This document shows, piece after piece, positions 26,501 to 39,300 of a stretch of 64,000 nucleotides of DNA. The position numbers and the translations under genes were made by a program. Below the pieces are notes generated by a model that was not told where the DNA came from, ran no database searches, and saw nothing but the letters and a program-made list of their open reading frames with translations. The DNA comes from Paragordius varius (taxonomy: Eukaryota > Animalia > Nematomorpha): assembly GCA_964247055.1 (NCBI GenBank), contig OZ176050.1, forward strand, positions 124,001 through 188,000, read 5' to 3'. Position 1 is the first letter of the stretch, and each line of letters opens with the position of its first letter.

Positions 26501-29500
26501 ATGTCGCCATAATTTTTTTAGGTAGGCCTATGATAGTTCCATCATCACCCTAAATATTGTCGAGATCGGACTATAAATGTAATTTTTATGAATTTTTTAA
26601 ATATTGAAAAAATTTATTTTATACGATATTAAAAATAAAAATGGCTACCTAAAATCCAAATTTGATCAGGTGATGTCACCATAATTTTTTTTGGGTAGCC
26701 CTATGGTAATTCCATCATCACTTCAAATATTTTCGAGATCGGAGTATAAATGTAATTTCTATGAATTTTTTAAATATTTAAAAAATTTATTTTATACGAT
26801 TTTAAAAATAAAAATGGCTACCTAAAATCCAAATTTGATCAGGTGATATCACCATAATTTTTTTTGGGTAGCCCTATGGTAGTTCCATCATCACTTCAAA
26901 TATTTTCGAGATCGGAGTATAAATGTAATTTTTATGAATTTTTTAAATATTTAAAAAATTTATTTTATACGATTTTAAAAATAAAAATGGCTACCTAAAA
27001 TCCAAATTTGATCAGGTGATGTCACTATAATTTTTTTTGGGTAGCCCTATGGTAGTTCCATCATCACCCCAAATATTTTGGGGATCGGACTATAAATGTA
27101 ATTTTTATGAATTTTTTAAATATTTAAAAAATTTATTTTATACGATATTAAAAATAAAAATGGCTACCTAAAATCCAAATTTGATCAGGTGATGTCACCA
27201 TAATTTTTTTTGGGTAGCCCTATGGTAGTTCCATCATCACCCCAAATATTTTCGAGATCGGAGTATAAATGTAATTTTTATGAATTTTTTAAATATTTAA
27301 AAAATTTATTTTATACGATTTTAAAAATAAAAATGGCTACCTAAAATCCAAATTTGATCAGGTGATGTCACCATAATTTTTTTTGGGTAGCCCTATGGTA
27401 GTTCCATCATCACCCCAAATATTTTGGGGATCGGACTATAAATGTAATTTTTATGAATTTTTTAAATATTTAAAAAATTTATTTTATACGATTTTAAAAA
27501 TAAAAATGGCTACCTAAAATCCAAATTTGATAAGGTGATGTCGCCATAATTTTTTTTGGGTAGCCCTATGGTAGTTCCATCATAACCCTAAATATTTTTG
27601 AGATCGGACTTTAAATGTAATTTTTTTGAATTTTTTAAATATTTAAAAAATTTATTTTATACGATTTTAAAAATATAAATGGCTACCTAAAATCCAAATT
27701 TGATCAGGTGATGTCACCATAATTTTTTTTGGGTAGCCCTATGGTAGTTCCATCATCACCCCAAATATTTTCGAGATCGGAGTATAAATGTAATTTTTAT
27801 GAATTTTTTAAATTTTTAAAAAATTTATTTTATACGATTTTAAAAATAAAAATGGCTACCTAAAATCCAAATTTGATCAGGTGATGTCACTATAATTTTT
27901 TTGGGTAGCCCTATGGTAGTTCCATCATCACCCCAAATATTTTGGGGATCGGAATATAAATGTAATTTTTATGAATTTTTATGAATTTTTTAAATATTTA
28001 AAAAATTTATTTTATACGATTTTAAAAATAAAAATGGCTACCTAAAATCCAAATTTGATCAGGTGATGTCACTATAATTTTTTTTGGGTAGCCCTATGGT
28101 AATTCCATCATCACTTCAAATATTTTCGAGATCGGAGTATAAATGTAATTTTTATGAATTTTTTAAATATTTAAAAAATTTATTTTATACGATTTTAAAA
28201 ATAAAAATGGCTACCTAAAATCCATATTTGATCAGGTGATGTCGCCATAATTTTTTTAGGTAGGCCTATGATAGTTCCATCATCACCCTAAATATTGTCG
28301 AGATCGGACTATAAATGTAATTTTTATGAATTTTTTAAATATTGAAAAAATTTATTTTATACGATATTAAAAATAAAAATGGCTACCTAAAATCCAAATT
28401 TGATCAGGTGATGTCACCATAATTTTTTTTGGGTAGCCCTATGGTAATTCCATCATCACTTCAAATATTTTCGAGATCGGAGTATAAATGTAATTTCTAT
28501 GAATTTTTTAAATATTTAAAAAATTTATTTTATACGATTTTAAAAATAAAAATGGCTACCTAAAATCCAAATTTGATCAGGTGATGTCACCATAATTTTT
28601 TTTGGGTAGCCCTATGGTAGTTCCATCATCACTTCAAATATTTTCGAGATCGGAGTATAAATGTAATTTTTATGAATTTTTTAAATATTTAAAAAATTTA
28701 TTTTATACGATTTTAAAAATAAAAATGGCTACCTAAAATCCAAATTTGATCAGGTGATGTCACTATAATTTTTTTTGGGTAGCCCTATGGTAGTTCCATC
28801 ATCACCCCAAATATTTTGGGGATCGGACTATAAATGTAATTTTTATGAATTTTTTAAATATTTAAAAAATTTATTTTATACGATATTAAAAATAAAAATG
28901 GCTACCTAAAATCCAAATTTGATCAGGTGATGTCACCATAATTTTTTTTGGGTAGCCCTATGGTAGTTCCATCATCACCCCAAATATTTTCGAGATCGGA
29001 GTATAAATGTAATTTTTATGAATTTTTTAAATATTTAAAATATTTATTTTATACGATTTTAAAAATAAAAATGGCTACCTAAAATCCAAATTTGATCAGG
29101 TGATGTCACCATAATTTTTTTTGGGTAGCCCTATGGTAGTTCCATCATCACCCCAAATATTTTCGAGATCGGAGTATAAATGTAATTTTTATGAATTTTT
29201 TAAATTTTTAAAAAATTTATTTTATACGATTTTAAAAATAAAAATGGCTACCTAAAATCCAAATTTGATCAGGTGATGTCACTATAATTTTTTTTGGGTA
29301 GCCCTATGGTAGTTCCATCATCACCCCAAATATTTTGGGGATCGGACTATAAATGTAATTTTTATGAATTTTTTAAATATTTAAAAAATTTATTTTATAC
29401 GATATTAAAAATAAAAATGGCTACCTAAAATCCAAATTTGATCAGGTGATGTCACCATAATTTTTTTTGGGTAGCCCTATGGTAGTTCCATCATCACCCC

Positions 29501-32500
29501 AAATATTTTCGAGATCGGAGTATAAATGTAATTTTTATGAATTTTTTAAATATTTAAAATATTTATTTTATACGATTTTAAAAATAAAAATGGCTACCTA
29601 AAATCCAAATTTGATCAGGTGATGTCACCATAATTTTTTTTGGGTAGCCCTATGGTAGTTCCATCATCACCCCAAATATTTTGGGGATCGGACTATAAAT
29701 GTAATTTTTATGAATTTTTTAAATATTTAAAAAATTTATTTTATACGATTTTAAAAATAAAAATGGCTACCTAAAATCCAAATTTGATAAGGTGATGTCG
29801 CCATAATTTTTTTTGGGTAGCCCTATGGTAGTTCCATCATAACCCTAAATATTTTTGAGATCGGACTTTAAATGTAATTTTTTTGAATTTTTTAAATATT
29901 TAAAAAATTTATTTTATACGATTTTAAAAATATAAATGGCTACCTAAAATCCAAATTTGATCAGGTGATGTCACCATAATTTTTTTTGGGTAGCCCTATG
30001 GTAGTTCCATCATCACCCCAAATATTTTCGAGATCGGAGTATAAATGTAATTTTTATGAATTTTTTAAATTTTTAAAAAATTTATTTTATACGATTTTAA
30101 AAATAAAAATGGCTACCTAAAATCCAAATTTGATCAGGTGATGTCACTATAATTTTTTTGGGTAGCCCTATGGTAGTTCCATCATCACCCCAAATATTTT
30201 GGGGATCGGAATATAAATGTAATTTTTATGAATTTTTTAAATATTTAAAAAATTTATTTTATACGATTTTAAAAATAAAAATGGCTACCTAAAATCCAAA
30301 TTTGATCAGGTGATGTGACCATAATTTTTTTTGGGTAGCCCTATGGTAGTTCCATCATCACCCCAAATATTTTGGGGATCGGACTATAAATGTAATTTTT
30401 AGGAATTTTTTAAATATTTAAAAAATTTATTTTATACGATTTTAAAAATAAAAATGGCTACCTAAAATCCAAATTTGATCAGGTCATGTCACTATAATTT
30501 TTTTGGGTAGCCCTATGGTAGTTCCATCATCACCCCAAATATTTTCGAGATCGGACTATAAATGTAATTTTTATGAATTTTTTAAATATTTAAAAAATTT
30601 ATTTTATACGATTTTAAAAATAAAAATGGCTACCTAAAATCCAAATTTGATCAGGTGATGTCACCATAATTTTTTTTGGGTAGCCCTATGGTATCCATCA
30701 TCACCCCAAATATTTTCGAGATCGGAGTATAAATGTAATTTTTATGAATTTTTTAAATATTTAAAAAATTTATTTTATACGATTTTAAAAATAAAAATGG
30801 CTACCTAAAATCCAAATTTGATCAGGTGATGTCACCATAATTTTTTTTGGGTAGCCCTATGGTAGTTCCATCATCACCCCAAATATTTTCGAGATCGGAG
30901 TATAAATGTAATTTTTATGAATTTTTTAAATATTTAAAAAATTTATTTTATACGATTTTAAAAATAAAAATGGCTACCTAAAATCCAAATTTGATCAGGT
31001 GGTGTCACCATAATTTTTTTTGGGTAGCCCGATGGTAGTTCCATCATCACCCCAAATATTTTGGGGATCGGACTATAAATGTAATTTTTATGAATTTTTT
31101 AAATATTTAAAAAATTTATTTTATACGATTTTAAAAATAAAAATGGCTACCTAAAATCCAAATTTGATCAGGTGATGTCACTATAATTTTTTTTGGGTAG
31201 CCCTATGGTAATTCCATCATCACTTCAAATATTTTCGAGATCGGAGTATAAATGTAATTTTTATGAATTTTTTAAATATTTAAAAAATTTATTTTATACG
31301 ATTTTAAAAATAAAAATGGCTACCTAAAATCCATATTTGATCAGGTGATGTCGCCATAATTTTTTTAGGTAGGCCTATGATAGTTCCATCATCACCCTAA
31401 ATATTGTCGAGATCGGACTATAAATGTAATTTTTATGAATTTTTTAAATATTGAAAAAATTTATTTTATACGATATTAAAAATAAAAATGGCTACCTAAA
31501 ATCCAAATTTGATCAGGTGATGTCACCATAATTTTTTTTGGGTAGCCCTATGGTAATTCCATCATCACTTCAAATATTTTCGAGATCGGAGTATAAATGT
31601 AATTTCTATGAATTTTTTAAATATTTAAAAAATTTATTTTATACGATTTTAAGAATAAAAATGGCTACCTAAAATCCAAATTTGATCAGGTGATGTCACC
31701 ATAATTTTTTTTGGGTAGCCCTATGGTAGTTCCATCATCACTTCAAATATTTTCAAGATCGGAGTATAAATGTAATTTTTATGAATTTTTTAAATATTTA
31801 AAAAATTTATTTTATACGATTTTAAAAATAAAAATGGCTACCTAAAATCCAAATTTGATCAGGTGATGTCACTATAATTTTTTTTGGGTAGCCCTATGGT
31901 AGTTCCATCATCACCCCAAATATTTTGGGGATCGGACTATAAATGTAATTTTTATGAATTTTTTAAATATTTAAAAAATTTATTTTATACGATATTAAAA
32001 ATAAAAATGGCTACCTAAAATCCAAATTTGATCAGGTGATGTCACCATAATTTTTTTTGGGTAGCCCTATGGTAGTTCCATCATCACCCCAAATATTTTC
32101 GAGATCGGAGTATAAATGTAATTTTTATGAATTTTTTAAATATTTAAAATATTTATTTTATACGATTTTAAAAATAAAAATGGCTACCTAAAATCCAAAT
32201 TTGATCAGGTGATGTCACCATAATTTTTTTTGGGTAGCCCTATGGTAGTTCCATCATCACCCCAAATATTTTGGGGATCGGACTATAAATGTAATTTTTA
32301 TGAATTTTTTAAATATTTAAAAAATTTATTTTATACGAATTTAAAAATAAAAATGGCTACCTAAAATCCAAATTTGATAAGGTGATGTCGCCATAATTTT
32401 TTTTGGGTAGCCCTATGGTAGTTCCATCATAACCCTAAATATTTTTGAGATCGGACTTTAAATGTAATTTTTTTGAATTTTTTAAATATTTAAAAAATTT

Positions 32501-33388
32501 ATTTTATACGATTTTAAAAATATAAATGGCTACCTAAAATCCAAATTTGATCAGGTGATGTCACCATAATTTTTTTTGGGTAGCCCTATGGTAGTTCCAT
32601 CATCACCCCAAATATTTTCGAGATCGAAGTATAAATGTAATTTTTATGAATTTTTTAAATTTTTAAAAAATTTATTTTATACGATTTTAAAAATAAAAAT
32701 GGCTACCTAAAATCCAAATTTGATCAGGTGATGTCACTATAATTTTTTTGGGTAGCCCTATGGTAGTTCCATCATCACCCCAAATATTTTGGGGATCGGA
32801 ATATAAATGTAATTTTTATGAATTTTTTAAATATTTAAAAAATTTATTTTATACGATTTTAAAAATAAAAATGGCTACCTAAAATCCAAATTTGATAAGG
32901 TGATGTCGCCATAATTTTTTTTGGGTAGCCCTATGGTAGTTCCATCATAACCCTAAATATTTTTGAGATCGGACTTTAAATGTAATTTTTTTGAATTTTT
33001 TAAATATTTAAAAAATTTATTTTATACGATTTTAAAAATATAAATGGCTACCTAAAATCCAAATTTGATCAGGTGATGTCACCATAATTTTTTTTGGGTA
33101 GCCCTATGGTAGTTCCATCATCACCCCAAATATTTTCGAGATCGGAGTATAAATGTAATTTTTATGAATTTTTTAAATTTTTAAAAAATTTATTTTATAC
33201 GATTTTAAAAATAAAAATGGCTACCTAAAATCCAAATTTGATCAGGTGATGTCACTATAATTTTTTTGGGTAGCCCTATGGTAGTTCCATCATCACCCCA
33301 AATATTTTGGGGATCGGAATATAAATGTAATTTTTATGAATTTTTTAAATATTTAAAAAATTTATTTTATACGATTTTAAAAATAAAA
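23525..33388 (+). repeat. Third layer: 10-monomer higher-order repeat (~1.73 kb) with internal dimer and trimer expansions
   Basis: The unit order is CACTTC, D-type, CACTTC/CTATG, CACTTC, TTGGGG/GATATT, TTCGAG, TTGGGG, K-type, AAATTTTT, GGAAT. Units start at 23525 (10 monomers), 25263 (16), 28034 (13) and 31143 (10). Confidence 0.85.
25435..26813 (+). repeat. Four tandem copies of a dimer (divergent D-type monomer plus CACTTC monomer), period 344-345 bp
   Basis: D-type (CCATAT, AGGTAGGCCTATGATAG, CACCCT, TATTGAAA) occurs at 25435, 25779, 26124 and 26469. Confidence 0.92.
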
Positions 33389-36300
33389 ATGGCTACCTAA
33401 AATCCAAATTTGATCAGGTGATGTGACCATAATTTTTTTTGGGTAGCCCTATGGTAGTTCCATCATCACCCCAAATATTTTGGGGATCGGACTATAAATG
33501 TAATTTTTAGGAATTTTTTAAATATTTAAAAAATTTATTTTATACGATTTTAAAAATAAAAATGGCTACCTAAAATCCAAATTTGATCAGGTGATGTCAC
33601 TATAATTTTTTTGGGTAGCCCTATGGTAGTTCCATCATCACCCCAAATATTTTCGAGATCGGACTATAAATGTAATTTTTATGAATTTTTTAAATATTTA
33701 AAAAATTTATTTTATACAATTTTAAAAATAAAAATGGCTACCTAAAATCCAAATTTGATCAGGTGATGTCACCATAATTTTTTTTGGGTAGCCCTATGGT
33801 ATCCATCATCACCCCAAATATTTTCGAGATCGGAGTATAAATGTAATTTTTATGAATTTTTTAAATATTTAAAAAATTTATTTTATACGATTTTAAAAAT
33901 AAAAATGGCTACCTAAAATCCAAATTTGATCAGGTGATGTCACCATAATTTTTTTTGGGTAGCCCTATGGTAGTTCCATCATCACCCCAAATATTTTCGA
34001 GATCGGAGTATAAATATAATTTTTATGAATTTTTTAAATATTTAAAAAATTTATTTTATACGATTTTAAAAATAAAAATGGCTACCTAAAATCCAAATTT
34101 GATCAGGTGATGTCACCATAATTTTTTTTGGGTAGCCCTATGGTAGTTCCATCATCACCCCAAATATTTTGGGGATCGGACTATAAATGTAATTTTTATG
34201 AATTTTTTAATATTTAAAAAATTTATTTTATACGATTTTAAAAATAAAAATGGCTACCTAAAATCCAAATTTGATAAGGTGATGTCGCCATAATTTTTTT
34301 TGGGTAGCCCTATGGTAGTTCCATCATAACCCCAAATATTTTTGAGATCGGACTTTAAATGTAATTTTTTTGAATTTTTTAAATATTTAAAAAATTTATT
34401 TTATACGATTTTAAAAATATAAATGGCTACCTAAAATCCAAATTTGATCAGGTGATGTCACCATAATTTTTTTTGGGTAGCCCTATGGTAGTTCCATCAT
34501 CACCCCAAATATTTCCGAGATCGGAGTATAAATGTAATTTTTATGAATTTTTTAAATTAAAAAATTTATTTTATACGATTTTAAAAATAAAAATGGCTAC
34601 CTAAAATCCAAATTTGATCAGGTGATGTCACTATAATATTTTTGGGTAGCCCTATGGTAGTTCCATCATCACCCCAAATATTTTGGGGATCGGACTATAA
34701 ATGTAATTTTTAGGAATTTTTTAAATATTTAAAAAATTTATTTTATACGATTTTAAAAATAAAAATGGCTACCTAAAATCCAAATTTGATCAGGTGATGT
34801 CACTATAATTTTTTTGGGTAGCCCTATGGTAGTTCCATCATCACCCCAAATATTTTCGAGATCGGAGTATAAATGTAATTTTTAGGAATTTTTTAAATAT
34901 TTAAAAAATTTATTTTATACGATTTTAAAAATAAAAATGGCTACCTAAAATCCAAATTTGATCAGGTGATGTCACTATAATTTTTTTGGGTAGCCCTATG
35001 GTAGTTCCATCATCACCCCAAATATTTTCGAGATCGGAGTATAAATGTAATTTTTATGAATTTTTTAAATATTTAAAAAATTTATTTTATACGATTTTAA
35101 AAATAAAAATGGCTACCTAAAATCCAAATTTGATCAGGTGATGTCACTATAATTTTTTTGGGTAGCCCTATGGTAGTTCCATCATCACCCCAAATATTTT
35201 GGGGATCGGACTATAAATGTAATTTTTAGGAATTTTTTAAATATTTAAAAAATTTATTTTATACGATTTTAAAAATAAAAATGGCTACCTAAAATCCAAA
35301 TTTGATCAGGTGATGTCACTATAATTTTTTTGGGTAGCCCTATGGTAGTTCCATCATAACCCCAAATATTTTTGAGATCGGACTTTAAATGTAATTTTTT
35401 TGAATTTTTTAAATATTTAAAAAATTTATTTTATACGATTTTAAAAATATAAATGGCTACCTAAAATCCAAATTTGATCAGGTGATGTCACCATAATTTT
35501 TTTTGGGTAGCCCTATGGTAGTTCCATCATCACCCCAAATATTTCCGAGATCGGAGTATAAATGTAATTTTTATGAATTTTTTAAATTAAAAAATTTATT
35601 TTATACGATTTTAAAAATAAAAATGGCTACCTAAAATCCAAATTTGATCAGGTGATGTCACTATAATTTTTTTGGGTAGCCCTATGGTAGTTCCATCATC
35701 ACCCCAAATATTTTGGGGATCGGACTATAAATGTAATTTTTAGGAATTTTTTAAATATTTAAAAAATTTATTTTATACGATTTTAAAAATAAAAATGGCT
35801 ACCTAAAATCCAAATTTGATCAGGTGATGTCACTATAATTTTTTTGGGTAGCCCTATGGTAGTTCCATCATAACCCCAAATATTTTTGAGATCGGACTTT
35901 AAATGTAATTTTTTTGAATTTTTTAAATATTTAAAAAATTTATTTTATACGATTTTAAAAATATAAATGGCTACCTAAAATCCAAATTTGATCAGGTGAT
36001 GTCACCATAATTTTTTTTGGGTAGCCCTATGGTAGTTCCATCATCACCCCAAATATTTCCGAGATCGGAGTATAAATGTAATTTTTATGAATTTTTTAAA
36101 TTAAAAAATTTATTTTATACGATTTTAAAAATAAAAATGGCTACCTAAAATCCAAATTTGATCAGGTGATGTCACTATAATTTTTTTGGGTAGCCCTATG
36201 GTAGTTCCATCATCACCCCAAATATTTTCGAGATCGGACTATAAATGTAATTTTTAGGAATTTTTTAAATATTTAAAAAATTTATTTTATACGATTTTAA

Positions 36301-39300
36301 AAATAAAAATGGCTACCTAAAATCCAAATTTGATCAGGTGATGTCACTATAATTTTTTTGGGTAGCCCTATGGTAGTTCCATCATCACCCCAAATATTTT
36401 CGAGATCGGAGTATAAATGTAATTTTTAGGAATTTTTTAAATATTTAAAAAATTTATTTTATACGATTTTAAAAATAAAAATGGCTACCTAAAATCCAAA
36501 TTTGATCAGGTGATGTCACTATAATTTTTTTGGGTAGCCCTATGGTAGTTCCATCATCACCCCAAATATTTTCGAGATCGGAGTATAAATGTAATTTTTA
36601 TGAATTTTTTAAATATTTAAAAAATTTATTTTATACGATTTTAAAAATAAAAATGGCTACCTAAAATCCAAATTTGATCAGCTGATGTTACCATAATTTT
36701 TTTTGGGTAGCCCTATGGTAGTTCCATCATCACCCCAAATATTTTCGAGATCGGAGTATAAATGTAATTTTTATGAATTTTTTAAATATTTAAAAAATTT
36801 ATTTTATACGATTGTAAAAATAAAAATGGCTACCTAAAATCCAAATTTGATCAGGTTATGTCGCCATAATTTTTTTTCTGAGCCCTATGGTAGTTCCATC
36901 ATCACCCCAAATATTGTCGAGATCGGAGTATAAATGTAGTTTTTTTGAATTTTTTTAATATTTAAAAAATTTATTTTATACGATTTTAAAAATAAAAATG
37001 GCTACCTAAAATCCAAATTTGATCAGGTGATGTCACCATAATTTTTTTTGGGTAGCCCTATGGTAGTTCCATCATCACCCCAAATATTTTCGAGATCGGA
37101 GTATAAATGTAATTTTTATGAATTTTTTAAATATTTAAAAAATTTATTTTATACGATTTTAAAAATAAAAATGGCTACCTAAAATCCAAATTTGATCAGG
37201 TGATGTCACCATATTTTTTTTTGGGTAGCCCTATGGTAGTTCCATCATCACCCCAAATATTGTCGAGATCGGAGTATAAATGTAATTTTTTTGAATTTTT
37301 TAAATATTTAAAAAATTTATTTTATACGATTTTAAAAATAAAAATGGCTACCTAAAATCCAAATTTGATCAGGTGATGTCGCCATAATTTTTTTTGGGTA
37401 GCCCTATGGTAGTTCCATCATCACCCCAAATATTTTCGAGATCGGAGTATAAATGTAATTTTTATGAATTTTTTAAATATTTAAAAAATTTATTTTATAC
37501 GATTTTAAAAATAAAAATGGCTACCTAAAATCCAAATTTGATCAGGTGATGTCACCATAATTTTTTTTGGGTAGCCCTATGGTAGTTCCATCATCACCCC
37601 AAATATTTTCGAGATCGGAGTATAAATGTAATTTTTATGAATTTTATAAATATTTAAAAAATTTATTTTATACGATTTTAAAAATAAAAATGGCTACCTA
37701 AAATCCAAATTTGATCAGGTGATGTCACCATAATTTTTTTTGGGTAGCCCTATGGTAGTTCCATCATCACCCCAAATATTTTGGGGATCGGACTATAAAT
37801 GTAATTTTTATGAATTTTTTAAATATTTAAAAAATTTATTTTATACGATTTTAAAAATAAAAATGGCTACCTAAAATCCAAATTTGATAAGGTGATGTCG
37901 CCATAATTTTTTTTGGGTAGCCCTATGGTAGTTCCATCATAACCCCAAATATTTTTGAGATCGGACTTTAAATGTAATTTTTTTGAATTTTTTAAATATT
38001 TAAAAAATTTATTTTATACGATTTTAAAAATATAAATGGCTACCTAAAATCCAAATTTGATCAGGTGATGTCACCATAATTTTTTTTGGGTAGCCCTATG
38101 GTAGTTCCATTATCACCCCAAATATTTCCGAGATCGGAGTATAAATGTAATTTTTATGAATTTTTTAAATTAAAAAATTTATTTTATACGATTTTAAAAA
38201 TAAAAATGGCTACCTAAAATCCAAATTTGATCAGGTGATGTCACTATAATTTTTTTGGGTAGCCCTATGGTAGTTCCATCATCACCCCAAATATTTTGGG
38301 GATCGGACTATAAATGTAATTTTTAGGAATTTTTTAAATATTTAAAAAATTTATTTTATACGATTTTAAAAATAAAAACGGCTACCTAAAATCCAAATTT
38401 GATCAGGTGATGTCACTATAATTTTTTTGGGTAGCCCTATGGTAGTTCCATCATCACCCCAAATATTTTCGAGATCGGAGTATAAATGTAATTTTTAGGA
38501 ATTTTTTAAATATTTAAAAAATTTATTTTATACGATTTTAAAAATAAAAATGGCTACCTAAAATCCAAATTTGATCAGGTGATGTCACTATAATTTTTTT
38601 GGGTAGCCCTATGGTAGTTCCATCATCACCCCAAATATTTTCGAGATCGGAGTATAAATGTAATTTTTATGAATTTTTTAAATATTTAAAAAATTTATTT
38701 TATACGATTTTAAAAATAAAAATGGCTACCTAAAATCCAAATTTGATCAGGTGATGTCACCATAATTTTTTTTGGGTAGCCCTATGGTAGTTCCATCATC
38801 ACCCCAAATATTTTCGAGATCGGAGTATAAATGTAATTTTTATGAATTTTTTAAATATTTAAAAAATTTATTTTATACGATTTTAAAAATAAAAATGGCT
38901 ACCTAAAATCCAAATTTGATCAGGTGATGTCACCATAATTTTTTTTGGGTAGCCCTATGGTAGTTCCATCCTCACCCCAAATATTGTCGAGATCGGAGTA
39001 TAAATGTAATTTTTTTGAATTTTTTAAATATTTAAAAAATTTATTTTATACGATTTTAAAAATAAAAATGGCTACCTAAAATCCAAATTTGATCAGGTGA
39101 TGTCGCCATAATTTTTTTTGGGTAGCCCTATGGTAGTTCCATCATAACCCCAAATATTTTTGAGATCGGACTTTAAATGTAATTTTTTTGAATTTTTTAA
39201 ATATTTAAAAAATTTATTTTATACGATTTTAAAAATAAAAATGGCTACCTAAAATCCAAATTTGATCAGGTGATGTCGCCATAATTTTTTTTGGGTAGCC

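Noticed and set aside
30399-30403. TTAGG (arthropod telomere motif) in variant monomers
   Set aside because: These are single pentamers produced by one substitution next to a T-run and are never tandem.
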